Position numbers and translations under genes: made by a program. From Nannocystales bacterium (lineage in GTDB: Bacteria > Myxococcota_A > Polyangia > Nannocystales > Nannocystaceae), in the NCBI GenBank assembly GCA_050633305.1, contig JBOEGF010000002.1, forward strand, positions 185,624-249,623: a DNA stretch of 64,000 nucleotides, given 5' to 3'. Under the pieces are notes generated by a model. The model was not told the origin of the DNA and made no database searches. It saw nothing but the letters and a program-made list of their open reading frames with translations. Of the stretch, positions 1-9,085 are shown one piece after another (position 1 is the first letter of the stretch; each line of letters opens with the position of its first letter).

Positions 1-1626
1 CAGAGACGCGAGCTCTTCGATCGCCGGGGTGACGTTCTGCGGCGCCAACAGGTTGGTTCGTTCTGCTGGATCGGCAGCGAGATCATACAGCTCGCGGTAG
101 GGGACTCCGCCAGGTTTCAGAAAGACTCCGCTGTCGTGATAGCGGATGTATCGGTATTGCTCCCCCGGACGCTCCGTTCGGAGGGCGTGGGAGGCCCCGA
201 GCATGCGAGCCCCATAGCTTGGGCAAAGCTGCTCGGTAAACTCTCCGCAGCGCGTGATTCCACGCTGCTTCATACACAGGTCGATATCTGGGTTGTAGTG
301 ACTCTTTGTATGCTGCCGATGCGCGCTCCTGAAGTTCAACGTGGTGAGCACGCTGGTCTGCGACCACGGGGCGTTGCCGTCTTCGACCAGGGGGCGCAGG
401 CTGTGCCCGTAGCCGACGGGGTTGGCGATGCCTGCGTAGTCGAGCACCGTCGGGAACACGTCGTTGAGGCTGACGATCTTGTTGGTGCTCTGTCCATTGA
501 TGTTGCCTGTGTCGAGCACGATCAAGGGGACCCGGCTCGCACGCTCGTAGAGTTTGGGTTTCTTCCATCCGTGTTTCTCCCCCATGAAGTAGCCGTGGTC
601 GCTCCACAGCACGAAGAGTGTCCGTCGACTCCGTTGCGCGACGGCGCTGATGACCTCCCCGAGCAGGTGGTCCGTGTGGGTGATACACGCGAGGTACCCC
701 GCGATCGCAGCCCGCGTCCGGCCCTCCCACTGCCCGTCGTCCGGTGAGCTCTTGAGGTCCCGCAGGCTCGTGCACCCGCTGAGCGTCAGGTCGGCCTGAT
801 CCAGGCGCTCGACAAAAGGGTCGATCGACTTGATGCTCTCGATCGGATACATGTCGTAATACGACTGCGGAGCCTCCCATGGTGCATGGGGCTTGAAGAA
901 TCCAAGGGCGAGGAATAACGGCGAACCGTCGTGGGGCTCCCCGAGTTTTTCGATGCCGAAATTGGCGACCTGTGCGTCTGGCAAGGTGGGCCAGTCCTCG
1001 GCGCAAGGCCGAACCTTGGCGTCGACCTGAGGGCCACCCACGTCCGGGAAGGTCTGCGGGCACCCGGCACGATTGTTGATGATCTCGTACTCGTCCCACG
1101 CCTCGCCGTCGTAATGACCAGGCTTCTCGTACTCATTGTAGCCGCCGTTGTGGAAGATCTTCCCGGCGCCTCGAGTCACATACCCAGACGCCTTGAGCAG
1201 ACGCGGAAGCGTCGTAAAGTCGTCGACCAGCAGCGGTCCAAACCCCTCGATGGGCTGGAGGATGTTCTCGAGTTCGGTCACACCCGAAACGTGAGGGGGC
1301 AGCCCGGTCATGGTTGCCGAGCGCGAGGCTCCACAGATCGGTGCCGCACAGTAGGCCCGCTGGAAGACGGTGCCGAGTGTCGCCAGCAAGTCCATGTTCG
1401 GCGTCAACACATTGTGCGGATAGGCTGTCGGCTTGGGGCCCTCGAAAGGGGCCGGCCAGTCGTTGAGGTCGTCCACACACACGAATACGATGTCAGGGGG
1501 CTCATCGGTATTCGAGTCTGGGGCGAGGCTGCGAAGCGCGTCTTCGAGGCTGCCTTCTTCGTCAGAGCCACAGGCGCCCGCGGCCGCGGCCGCACCAAGC
1601 ATGAAGTTTCGTCGACTGGTACGCAT
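1..1626 (-). CDS. Sulfatase (iduronate-2-sulfatase/choline-sulfatase-like), Tat lipoprotein; 3' end runs off the window
   Basis: Absent from the ORF track; translated by hand from ATG 1626. MRTSRRNFMLGAAAAAGAC gives a twin-Arg motif plus lipobox. It also has the DIVFVCVDDLNDW, TPNMDLLA, formylglycine motif CGASRSATMTG, GKIFH, KPHAPW, WSDHG and LYDLAADP motifs. Confidence 0.9.
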   Translation of the reverse strand, partial: MRTSRRNFMLGAAAAAGACGSDEEGSLEDALRSLAPDSNTDEPPDIVFVCVDDLNDWPAPFEGPKPTAYPHNVLTPNMDLLATLGTVFQRAYCAAPICGASRSATMTGLPPHVSGVTELENILQPIEGFGPLLVDDFTTLPRLLKASGYVTRGAGKIFHNGGYNEYEKPGHYDGEAWDEYEIINNRAGCPQTFPDVGGPQVDAKVRPCAEDWPTLPDAQVANFGIEKLGEPHDGSPLFLALGFFKPHAPWEAPQSYYDMYPIESIKSIDPFVERLDQADLTLSGCTSLRDLKSSPDDGQWEGRTRAAIAGYLACITHTDHLLGEVISAVAQRSRRTLFVLWSDHGYFMGEKHGWKKPKLYERASRVPLIVLDTGNINGQSTNKIVSLNDVFPTVLDYAGIANPVGYGHSLRPLVEDGNAPWSQTSVLTTLNFRSAHRQHTKSHYNPDIDLCMKQRGITRCGEFTEQLCPSYGARMLGASHALRTERPGEQYRYIRYHDSGVFLKPGGVPYRELYDLAADPAERTNLLAPQNVTPAIEELASL

Positions 1627-1856
1627 GCCCGAATGTTGCGCGACGACGTAGATTGTCAAATGCGTTTCGGGGTCGCGGAAGTTTTTATTTTGCTTCGGCC
1701 GTCAGAGATCCAACCGCCACCGCAAAGGGTAGAGGACCGTCGAAATCACCGGGCCAACGCCAGCCACCTACGTCCCCGCAACGTCGCTCGCGTCGAGTTG
1801 GTTGCCGACAAGCGACACACTGCTTGAGTGCGTCATCAAGACCTCTCGAGAATCCG

Positions 1857-4400
1857 CTACAACCGCGGATCCACCGGTTCGCTCTCGAGTGCAAGCACCC
1901 CGAACACACACTCATGGACGCGCCACAGCGGCTCGCGTTCGGCGAAGCGGTACAGCCCCTCCAGGCCTAACGCGAACTCCCGAATCGCCAGGCCGCGCTT
2001 GGACGACAGGCCTCGTGCGCGCAGGCGTTCGACGTTGTCGGGTGCGGTGTACTCCGGCCCGTAGATGATCCGGAGGTACTCCGGGCCCCGGCATTTCAGA
2101 GCGGGCTGAACGAGGCCACGCTTCCCCCGAACGATCCATTGTTCGGGCTTGATCACCATGCCCTCCCCGCCCTTGGCGGTGAGTTCCTCCCACCACGCTG
2201 TCGCTTCAGCTCGTGCGCCCTCGTCGGCAAGCTCGATGACCTTGTACGGCGTCGAGACGAAGACAGGATCGTGCTCTGCCAGGCGCCCGAGCGTGTCCAT
2301 GTGCCAGACGTGGGATTCGTCGAAGTAGGTCTTGCCTTCCGTGGCCAGGAGGTGGAACGGGGCCAGCCTCACGTCGGCGATGCTGTCGGCGGTCCAGCAG
2401 TAGCGACGCCAAGCGGCGGAGTACCCCTCGACCATCTCCCTTCGAGCCCGGAAGCGCTCGAGAAGCTCTCCGGAACCGCGATCGGTTGCTGCTTGGAGGC
2501 TGGACAGGACCTCGTCCAACGCAGCCTTCGCGGCGGAGCCGACCGCAGCGTACTGAGTCCGCAGGAGTTCGATTGCCTTGAGCGACCATGGCATGAGCTC
2601 AGCGTCCAGGCAGACCCAGTCGGTGCCGAGTTCCTCCCACAGGCCGGCCTTCTCGAAGGCCGCGGCGAGCCGGCCGACGAGCTCCGCCTCGGGCTCGTCG
2701 CTGGCGAAGAACGGCCGTCCGGTCCGGGTGTAGATGACCCCCTGCTTGCCGTCGCCGACGCCGAACCGGGCCTGAGCGGCTTCGACCGTGCGGGCGACGA
2801 CAGCGACGGCGCGAGAGCCCATGTGCTTCTCTTCGCACACCACGCGCTCGACACCGTTCGAGGCAAAGTAACCGAGGGCTTCCTGTGGGCGCTCCAGCAG
2901 ATCGACGTCCGAGGGAGCGGTCTCAGCCGGCGACATCGTCGGGGGCAGGTAGATGAGCCAGCGCGGGTCGACGGCGAAGCGGCTCATCACTTCCAGGGCC
3001 GCGACCGCGTTCTCCTCCCGGATCGTGACGGTATGCCGCACCCGGGTGTCGACGATCCGCTTGCCGGTCACGTCGGCGACATCCAAGACGTTGGCGGGTC
3101 GCTCGTCTCTGTGTGCGGTGCCCAGCGGCGCTGCGGGTTCGTAGTGGGTCTCGTGGGCGTCGACCTGAACGAGCTCTCGCTCCGGGTATTGCAGGGCGGT
3201 GAGCTTGCCCCCGAAGACGCAGCCCGTATCGATGCAGATGGTCCGGTTGATCCACTCGGCCTCCGGTACCGGGGTGTGGCCGTACACGACCATGGCCCGG
3301 CCTCGATATTCGGAGGCCCAGTCGTAGCGCACAGGAAACCCGAACTCGTCGGTTTCACCATTGGTCTCGCCAAACAAGCAGAACGAGCGAACCCGACCCG
3401 ACGCGCGCCCCTGGTACTCCTCCCGCAGTCCGGCGTGCGCCACCACGAGGCGCCCGTCGTCGAGGACGTAGTGGCTGACGAGTCCGTTGATGAACTCGGC
3501 GACCTGCTCGTGAAACTCCTCCGGCTCCCCGGAGAGCTGTCCGACCGTCTCCGCCAGACCGTGGCTCAGGCGAACGTTCTTGCCTCGGAGTTTCTTGAGG
3601 AGCTTGACCTCGTGGTTGCCGGGGATGCAGATCGCGGCTCCGGAGGCCACCATTGACATCACCAACCGAAGTACACCGGGGGAGTCGGGGCCGCGGTCCA
3701 CGAGATCGCCAAGGAACACCGCCCTGCGACCCTGGGGCGGCTTCACAGCGGGTTCCTCCCGGCTTCCGGTGATCTCATAGCCAAGCAGGCCGAGCAGCTC
3801 TCGGAGCTCGTCGTAGCAGCCGTGCACGTCCCCGATCAGGTCGAACGGGCCGCTCTCTTCTCGCTTGTCGTTCCACAGCTTCCGGCGAGAAATCGTGACC
3901 GCGTCGACCTCCTCGACCGAATCGAGGATGTGGACTCGGGAGAATCCCTCGCCCTTCATCCCTCGCAGACCGCGACGGAGCTGGCTGTGCTGCTGCTTGA
4001 CAACCCGGATTCCGAAACTCCTGTCGTCTCTGGACTCGTTGCGTTCTCCCGCAACCTTCGGCGGAACGTTGAGGACGATCACCACCGCGAGACAATCATG
4101 TTGCCGGGCCAGTTGGACGAGACCCTTGCGGGCTTCGGGCTGGACGCTGGTGGCGTCCACAACCGTCAGAAGCCCACGGGACAGGCGCTTGCCGGCGATG
4201 TAGTGAAGGACGTCGAAGGCATCGCCAGTCGCCTGCTGGTCGTTCTCGTCGTTCGACACGAGGCCGCGGCAGAAGTCGGACGAGACGACCTCGGTCGGCA
4301 GGAAGTGCTTCCGCGCGAACGTCGACTTCCCGGCACCTGACACGCCGACGAGCAGGACGAGGCACAGCTCCGGGATCTCGAGCTTGGTGTCCTTGGTCAT
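1857..4400 (-). CDS. pnkp: Polynucleotide kinase-phosphatase-ligase (bacterial Pnkp) of the Pnkp-Hen1 RNA repair system
   Basis: 847 aa. N-terminal P-loop GVSGAGKS, central metallophosphoesterase motifs (GDVHG, GDLVDRG, GNHE, GHTP, DTG) and C-terminal adenylyltransferase EEKHMGSR, ending ESEPVDPRL. Overlaps the hen1 stop. Confidence 0.96.
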   Translation of the reverse strand: MTKDTKLEIPELCLVLLVGVSGAGKSTFARKHFLPTEVVSSDFCRGLVSNDENDQQATGDAFDVLHYIAGKRLSRGLLTVVDATSVQPEARKGLVQLARQHDCLAVVIVLNVPPKVAGERNESRDDRSFGIRVVKQQHSQLRRGLRGMKGEGFSRVHILDSVEEVDAVTISRRKLWNDKREESGPFDLIGDVHGCYDELRELLGLLGYEITGSREEPAVKPPQGRRAVFLGDLVDRGPDSPGVLRLVMSMVASGAAICIPGNHEVKLLKKLRGKNVRLSHGLAETVGQLSGEPEEFHEQVAEFINGLVSHYVLDDGRLVVAHAGLREEYQGRASGRVRSFCLFGETNGETDEFGFPVRYDWASEYRGRAMVVYGHTPVPEAEWINRTICIDTGCVFGGKLTALQYPERELVQVDAHETHYEPAAPLGTAHRDERPANVLDVADVTGKRIVDTRVRHTVTIREENAVAALEVMSRFAVDPRWLIYLPPTMSPAETAPSDVDLLERPQEALGYFASNGVERVVCEEKHMGSRAVAVVARTVEAAQARFGVGDGKQGVIYTRTGRPFFASDEPEAELVGRLAAAFEKAGLWEELGTDWVCLDAELMPWSLKAIELLRTQYAAVGSAAKAALDEVLSSLQAATDRGSGELLERFRARREMVEGYSAAWRRYCWTADSIADVRLAPFHLLATEGKTYFDESHVWHMDTLGRLAEHDPVFVSTPYKVIELADEGARAEATAWWEELTAKGGEGMVIKPEQWIVRGKRGLVQPALKCRGPEYLRIIYGPEYTAPDNVERLRARGLSSKRGLAIREFALGLEGLYRFAEREPLWRVHECVFGVLALESEPVDPRL

Positions 4401-5791
4401 CGGGAAAACACTCCCATCTGAGTCGGAGCTCCGAGTTCGGGATCAACCGGGCCAACGGGCTCGAAGTCCACGTCGTAGCCATGGCGCTCGGCGACCCCGC
4501 GAGCCCACGCCTCGAATTCAGCGCGGGTCCACTCGAAGCGATGATCTCGGTGTCTCAGCTTGCCTTCAGGCAAGGTCTCGAACCTGACGTTGTACTCGAC
4601 GTTGGGCGTCGTCACGACCACACAACCGGGGCGCGCGGCCTCGAAGAGAACGTGCTCGAAGGCGGATAGGCGCGTCGAGTCGATGTGCTCGATGACCTCG
4701 ACCGCGCAAGCCCCATCGAACTCAGCGAGGCGCTTGTCTCGATACGTCAGGGACCCCTGAATCAGCTCCAAGCGTGCTTTTTGGCGCTCGCTGAGTTCGT
4801 CCACATGGAGGCGGGCCTTCGCCCGCTCCAGCGAACTCATCGAGACATCCATGCCCACGATCCGCTCGAACGTCTTGTCTCGAACCAGCTCCCGCAGAAG
4901 CTTGCCCTCGCCGCAACCCACGTCCACGATCCGGCGGACGCCGTTGCGGCGCAGCGCGGACAGCACCGCTTGCATCCGCTGCTCGTTGAGCGAAAGCCCC
5001 TTTTCGAGCTGCTCCTCTTCGCGACGCGTCTCTCCGTCCGTCGTTTCAGGCTCCAGCTCGCCCTCATCGGCGAGGCGGGCGAGCGCTTCTGCGGCCAACG
5101 ACCGCCGGTGCTTGAGGTACCTCTGTGCAATCTGCTCCCGTTGTGGGTGGGTGGCCAGCCAGCCCTCGCCTCGGGTGAGCAGCTTCTCGATCTCCTCGCG
5201 GCCGACCCAGTAGTGTTTGCTGTCGTCGAGCACCGGAATCAGAACCGTCAGGTGACGGAGCAGATCCTGGAGCCGTTGCGTGCCGCGGAGGCGGACGGTG
5301 CAGTAGACAGTATTGCCCCACTGAGGGAAGTCGGGATCCAGCTCGTGACGCTCGACTTCGAGTTCGTATCCCAAAGGCCCAAACAGCGCCTCCAGAAGCT
5401 GTTCGCCACCTCGTGTGGGGAGAACCGCGAGCTTGGCTTCCAGCGGGATCGCCTGCTGGGCAAGCTCGGGGCGCTCACGACTCCGCCCGCCGAGGGCCTG
5501 ACCAAAGATTCGCCCGATCGCGACACTGAGAAACGACGACGCCACGTAGGGACGGTCGTTGGTGTACTGGCTCAAGGCGAACGCCTCGCCGCCTTTCGGT
5601 CGCCGAACCAACCCAATCGGATCCACGTCGAGCAGCAGCGCAGCCGTGCACCGCTCCTCGCTCGCCTCCGGGTAGTAGACGTGGCCCTTCCCAAACGAGA
5701 GCTCGAAGCTCTGTGTCCGCGCAGGATTCTTCCCGAGCAAGTAGCCCAGGTCAGTCGCGGGTTGGTGGGTGGTGGTGATCGTCAGGAGCAT
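4397..5791 (-). CDS. hen1: 3'-terminal RNA ribose 2'-O-methyltransferase Hen1
   Basis: 464 aa. Hen1 N-terminus MLLTITTTHQPATDLGYLL...YTNDRPYVASSFLSVA, SAM motif DVGCGEG, EVIEH, TTPNVEYN and RHRDHRFEWTRAEF. Confidence 0.96.
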   Translation of the reverse strand: MLLTITTTHQPATDLGYLLGKNPARTQSFELSFGKGHVYYPEASEERCTAALLLDVDPIGLVRRPKGGEAFALSQYTNDRPYVASSFLSVAIGRIFGQALGGRSRERPELAQQAIPLEAKLAVLPTRGGEQLLEALFGPLGYELEVERHELDPDFPQWGNTVYCTVRLRGTQRLQDLLRHLTVLIPVLDDSKHYWVGREEIEKLLTRGEGWLATHPQREQIAQRYLKHRRSLAAEALARLADEGELEPETTDGETRREEEQLEKGLSLNEQRMQAVLSALRRNGVRRIVDVGCGEGKLLRELVRDKTFERIVGMDVSMSSLERAKARLHVDELSERQKARLELIQGSLTYRDKRLAEFDGACAVEVIEHIDSTRLSAFEHVLFEAARPGCVVVTTPNVEYNVRFETLPEGKLRHRDHRFEWTRAEFEAWARGVAERHGYDVDFEPVGPVDPELGAPTQMGVFSR

Positions 5792-6137
5792 CGAAGGCCT
5801 CGAAGGGACGAGTCTGGCAGTTTTCTGCCATCCCTTCCCATCCGATGCCCACAGACAGCCAGGTCGCCCTGCCCCGGCGCCTCGCGGGTTCGATCGAACA
5901 CAACGAGGACAGAACGGTCACCTTCATCTCACATGAACATGCACAGCATCCACGATCGCGTCCGGGTGTGTTGATGCCCCGGGCCCGGGCTTCTTGGGTT
6001 GCGTTGAGGCAACTGAGTCAGCCGTAGGCGCGGCGTTGGCATGCCAAGACGGTAGAGCACACGAAAATGTGCGACGGGGCCCGCTCAACCAAGGGCAGCT
6101 CAAGCACGCCCGTGGAAAGCATGCTCGAGAGAAGGTC

Positions 6138-7148
6138 TCACGGAGCCACGAACACGTCGTCGAGGCTCTCAGCCCCGACAGCGCGGCTGGTCCAAAGCTG
6201 GAGAGCGTCGGCGTCGGTACATTCCTCAACTCGATCACGGACGTTGTCCGGCACCTGAAACCCTCGCGCTCGCAGGATCACGAGCAGCGACGCAGCCTGC
6301 CCTCGGAGAACCCCTCGTGCCTCACCACGCGCCTCACCTCGTGCTTCGCCTTCAGCTCGAAGTTGTTCTGCGATGGTCATGGTGATGGATTCGGCGGCAG
6401 GCGCTCGCCCTGTGAGGATGACACGGAACTGCTCAAGCCGCAGGTCCGGAGAGACATCCGCGACATAGCGCAGAAGGGGAGCCAACGCGCGCTCTCCGCC
6501 CGGCGTCCTCGCAAGTTCCTCGAGCTCATCTGCCCAGCCAGCGAGTCGCTCAAGGAGAACGGCGCTATCCCGAGCATCGCGCATCAGCCACAGGGCCAGC
6601 CGGGCCTGGAGAGAGACCTCGCGTCGCCTCAGGCCCGCGTCGTCCGTCCGCTGGAGGTCATCCACGGCGTACGAGAAGTCCGGGAGCACAAGGTCCGCCA
6701 GGGACCCGAAGCTTGGGGAGAACAATCCAGAGAACCGCGTCGGTGCTCTCCAGCCCCCGACGACTTGGGACAGCACAGCCGGCACGATGAGCGGCAGCGG
6801 AGCCTTCTTGTCCACGTCGGAGAATCGCTCCCAGATGCGGACCATGTAGCTCAGCAGTCGCAGCGCCATCTTGGGCTCCGGGGTCGACTGGTGCTCGAAC
6901 AACAAGTACACGAGTACGCGTTCTCCCGAGGCGCGGGCCGTCGCCGAAAACAGCAGGTCGCTGTGCTGGTCGGCGAGCTTCTCGTCGACGAAACTCCCGG
7001 GCTCGAGCTTGAGCGTCGACCAATCAATCGCTGAGACGTGCTCCGCGGAAAGCACGTGCTGCAGCTCCGCCGCGGCGTGCTCCGGCTGCTGGAACACCGA
7101 CTTGAAGAGTGCGTCGTGCGGGACCTTCGTCACGGGCCTCCGAGACAA
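6138..7148 (-). CDS. Rpn family recombination-promoting nuclease / YhgA-like putative transposase (PD-(D/E)XK) with C-terminal GEAR repeats
   Basis: PHDALFKSVF, GSFVD..L...HSDLLF, VYLLFEHQSTP, MALRLLSY, PLP.IVPAVL, then MTIAEQLRAEGEARGEARGEARG. The real start may be GTG 7133 (GGAGG upstream). Confidence 0.92.
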   Translation of the reverse strand: MSRRPVTKVPHDALFKSVFQQPEHAAAELQHVLSAEHVSAIDWSTLKLEPGSFVDEKLADQHSDLLFSATARASGERVLVYLLFEHQSTPEPKMALRLLSYMVRIWERFSDVDKKAPLPLIVPAVLSQVVGGWRAPTRFSGLFSPSFGSLADLVLPDFSYAVDDLQRTDDAGLRRREVSLQARLALWLMRDARDSAVLLERLAGWADELEELARTPGGERALAPLLRYVADVSPDLRLEQFRVILTGRAPAAESITMTIAEQLRAEGEARGEARGEARGVLRGQAASLLVILRARGFQVPDNVRDRVEECTDADALQLWTSRAVGAESLDDVFVAP

Positions 7149-7256
7149 TACTACCGCCCGGTAGCCGACCTTCGCGGGAGCGTGAAGCTCGGTCTCCCGG
7201 GTGCGAGGAGGCCCAGGAACCTTTCAGGGGGTGCGATGCGGTCTGGACAACACCAC

Positions 7257-7299
7257 AGAGTGTGACGACATGGCCTTTTGGGACATGTCGTCACACTCT
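7257..7299. repeat. Perfect 16-bp inverted repeat with 11-nt spacer
   Basis: AGAGTGTGACGACATG (7257-7272), GCCTTTTGGGA, CATGTCGTCACACTCT (7284-7299). Confidence 0.85.
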
Positions 7300-7632
7300 T
7301 CCAACCTGGGTGTCGGCGCTCATGAGGAGCCGCGTGATCCCGTGCGCGCCGACACTGCCGACCCGAGGGAGTGGACTGCAACCTCTTGACCTGCGAACTC
7401 GCGCGTGAAACCGGGCAAGGCTGGATCCCCGAGGTCGCCCAAGCCGTCGTCCCTCAGCTCCGCGAGCTGCGCATCTCGCCCTGCGCCCCGGTCACGGAAG
7501 CCCAATCCGCTCGACTCAGAACTCGAGCGCCTCGATCCTGCCCTACCGTGGTCAACGCTTGGCCAGAAATTCACCATAGGCGACCACGGTAGGGAGAGAG
7601 ACTCGGCCGCTACGCTAAACAGCGGCTTCTAG

Positions 7633-7717
7633 CGGAGGAGGAGGGATTCGAACCCCCGGTGGGTTGCCCCACAACGGATTTCAAGTCCGCCACCATCGGC
7701 CACTCGGACACTCCTCC
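7633..7717 (-). tRNA. tRNA-Ser (anticodon TGA), long variable arm, CCA not encoded
   Basis: Reverse complement folds as acceptor GGAGGAG/CTCCTCC plus discriminator G, anticodon arm GCGGA-CTTGAAA-TCCGT, variable arm GTGGG-GCAA-CCCAC and T-arm GGGGG-TTCGAAT-CCCTC. Confidence 0.95.
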
Positions 7718-7963
7718 GTGGCGCGGAAGGTAGCGGATTCGAGCCACAGGCGCCAGTACGAGCTGCAGGAGGGGTCAGAGGCCGCTGTGCGCCTGCGGAT
7801 GGCCCGGGGCGTTGGGACCACTCGGCCGCGCTTCAGAGCGTACCAGGGGCCTCAGCCGAGGTTCGCGGGAGTCGCGGATCCGGCCCGTCGGTGTGGCGAC
7901 GGGGCCCTGCCGCCCCGCAGGATCTGCCGGGTCCGCACCTCGGCGATCCCCTAGACCGCAGGT

Positions 7964-9085
7964 GTGAAGTGGTCCTGGAAGATCGGAACACTCGCCGGCA
8001 TCGAGGTGCGGGTGCATGCGACGTTCCTGCTGCTGATCACGTGGGTCGGGTGGGGCAACTATACGACGCAGGGGTCGATGCAGGCGGCGCTGGCGGGGGT
8101 GACGTTCATCGCGCTGCTGTTCGGTATCGTGGTGCTGCACGAGCTTGGCCACGCGTTGACGGCCCGCCGGTTTGGGGTGGCGACCCGGGACATCACGCTG
8201 CTTCCGATCGGGGGGGTGGCGCGTCTGGAACGGATGCCGGACAACCCTCGGCACGAGTTGGCGGTGGCGGTGGCGGGCCCGGGGGTGAACGTGGTGCTGG
8301 CGGCAGGACTGGCGACGGTCGGTCTGCTCGCGGGGATGGACATTCGACCTGCCGCAACGACGGACAACCTGGTGGCGCAGCTGCTGTGGATCAACGTCGG
8401 GCTTGCAACGTTCAACATGCTGCCGGCGTTCCCGCTCGACGGAGGCCGAGCCCTTCGCGCGCTGCTGGCGATGCGGATGCCAGACGTGCGGGCGACGGAG
8501 GTGGCGGCGCGGCTGGGCCAGGCGCTTGCGGTGGTGTTGGGCATCGCGGGGCTGTTCGGCAATGTGGTGCTGCTGCTCATCGCGGTGTTCATCTGGATGG
8601 GCGCCCGAGCAGAGACAACCGCAGCCCACCTCAAAGACGCGATGTCGGGCCTCACGGCGGGGCAAGCGGCGATCCGCGAGCTGCATGTGCTTTCGGTGAA
8701 CGACCGGGTGAGCACGGCGGTGGAGTACGCGCTGCACGGTTTTCAGCGCGACTTCCCCGTGCTGGAACACGGCCAGGTGGCGGGGGTGCTTTCACATCGG
8801 GCGCTGCTCAGTGCGCTCAGCGAAGAAGGTCGGGACAGCCCGGTCAGCACATTGATGGAACCGGACCCGGCCATGGTGCCGCCGACGATGGGCCTGTCGA
8901 AGGCGCTGGAGGCTTTGGAGACTGCGCCGTGTCGCTGCCTGCTGGTCGTGGATTCCCGCGGGCAACTGGCAGGCATGCTCACGGTTGATGCGGTGGGCGA
9001 GTTGATTGCAGTCCGAGAAGCGGTTCGCCGACGCGAAGCCCCGTTTGTCCCGGCGATGGCACGCGGCGCGGCAACCCGGCGATGA
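7964..9085 (+). CDS. Site-2 protease (M50 zinc metalloprotease) with C-terminal CBS pair
   Basis: HELGH, LLPIGGVA, AGPGVN, FNMLPAFPLDGGR and hydrophobic segments; the C-terminal half has a CBS-like pattern. Confidence 0.92.
   Translation: MKWSWKIGTLAGIEVRVHATFLLLITWVGWGNYTTQGSMQAALAGVTFIALLFGIVVLHELGHALTARRFGVATRDITLLPIGGVARLERMPDNPRHELAVAVAGPGVNVVLAAGLATVGLLAGMDIRPAATTDNLVAQLLWINVGLATFNMLPAFPLDGGRALRALLAMRMPDVRATEVAARLGQALAVVLGIAGLFGNVVLLLIAVFIWMGARAETTAAHLKDAMSGLTAGQAAIRELHVLSVNDRVSTAVEYALHGFQRDFPVLEHGQVAGVLSHRALLSALSEEGRDSPVSTLMEPDPAMVPPTMGLSKALEALETAPCRCLLVVDSRGQLAGMLTVDAVGELIAVREAVRRREAPFVPAMARGAATRR

Noticed and set aside
83..1598. Fragmented minus-strand ORFs suggesting a frameshifted sulfatase
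   Set aside because: Manual translation from ATG 1626 gives a continuous sulfatase frame; it is missing from the track only because it runs off the window edge.
2139..3656. Long antisense or alternative-frame ORFs (e.g. 2139..3656, 4685..5974, 11841..13394, 40855..42876, 49832..51196, 61806..63182)
   Set aside because: Shadows of well-supported genes, expected in high-GC DNA; no recognisable motifs.
5817..5830. Sigma-54 promoter upstream of hen1 (TGGCAGAAAACTGC)
   Set aside because: Spacing is GG-N9-GC, not the required N10; better explained as part of a palindrome.
6138..7148. Rpn gene as an IS element
   Set aside because: No terminal inverted repeats or target duplications flank it, and Rpn proteins are not demonstrated transposases.
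7300..7632. Integrase remnant or att site next to the tRNA
   Set aside because: No tyrosine or serine recombinase motifs were recognisable in the short ORFs; only a small GCCGCT/AGCGGC hairpin just after the tRNA.
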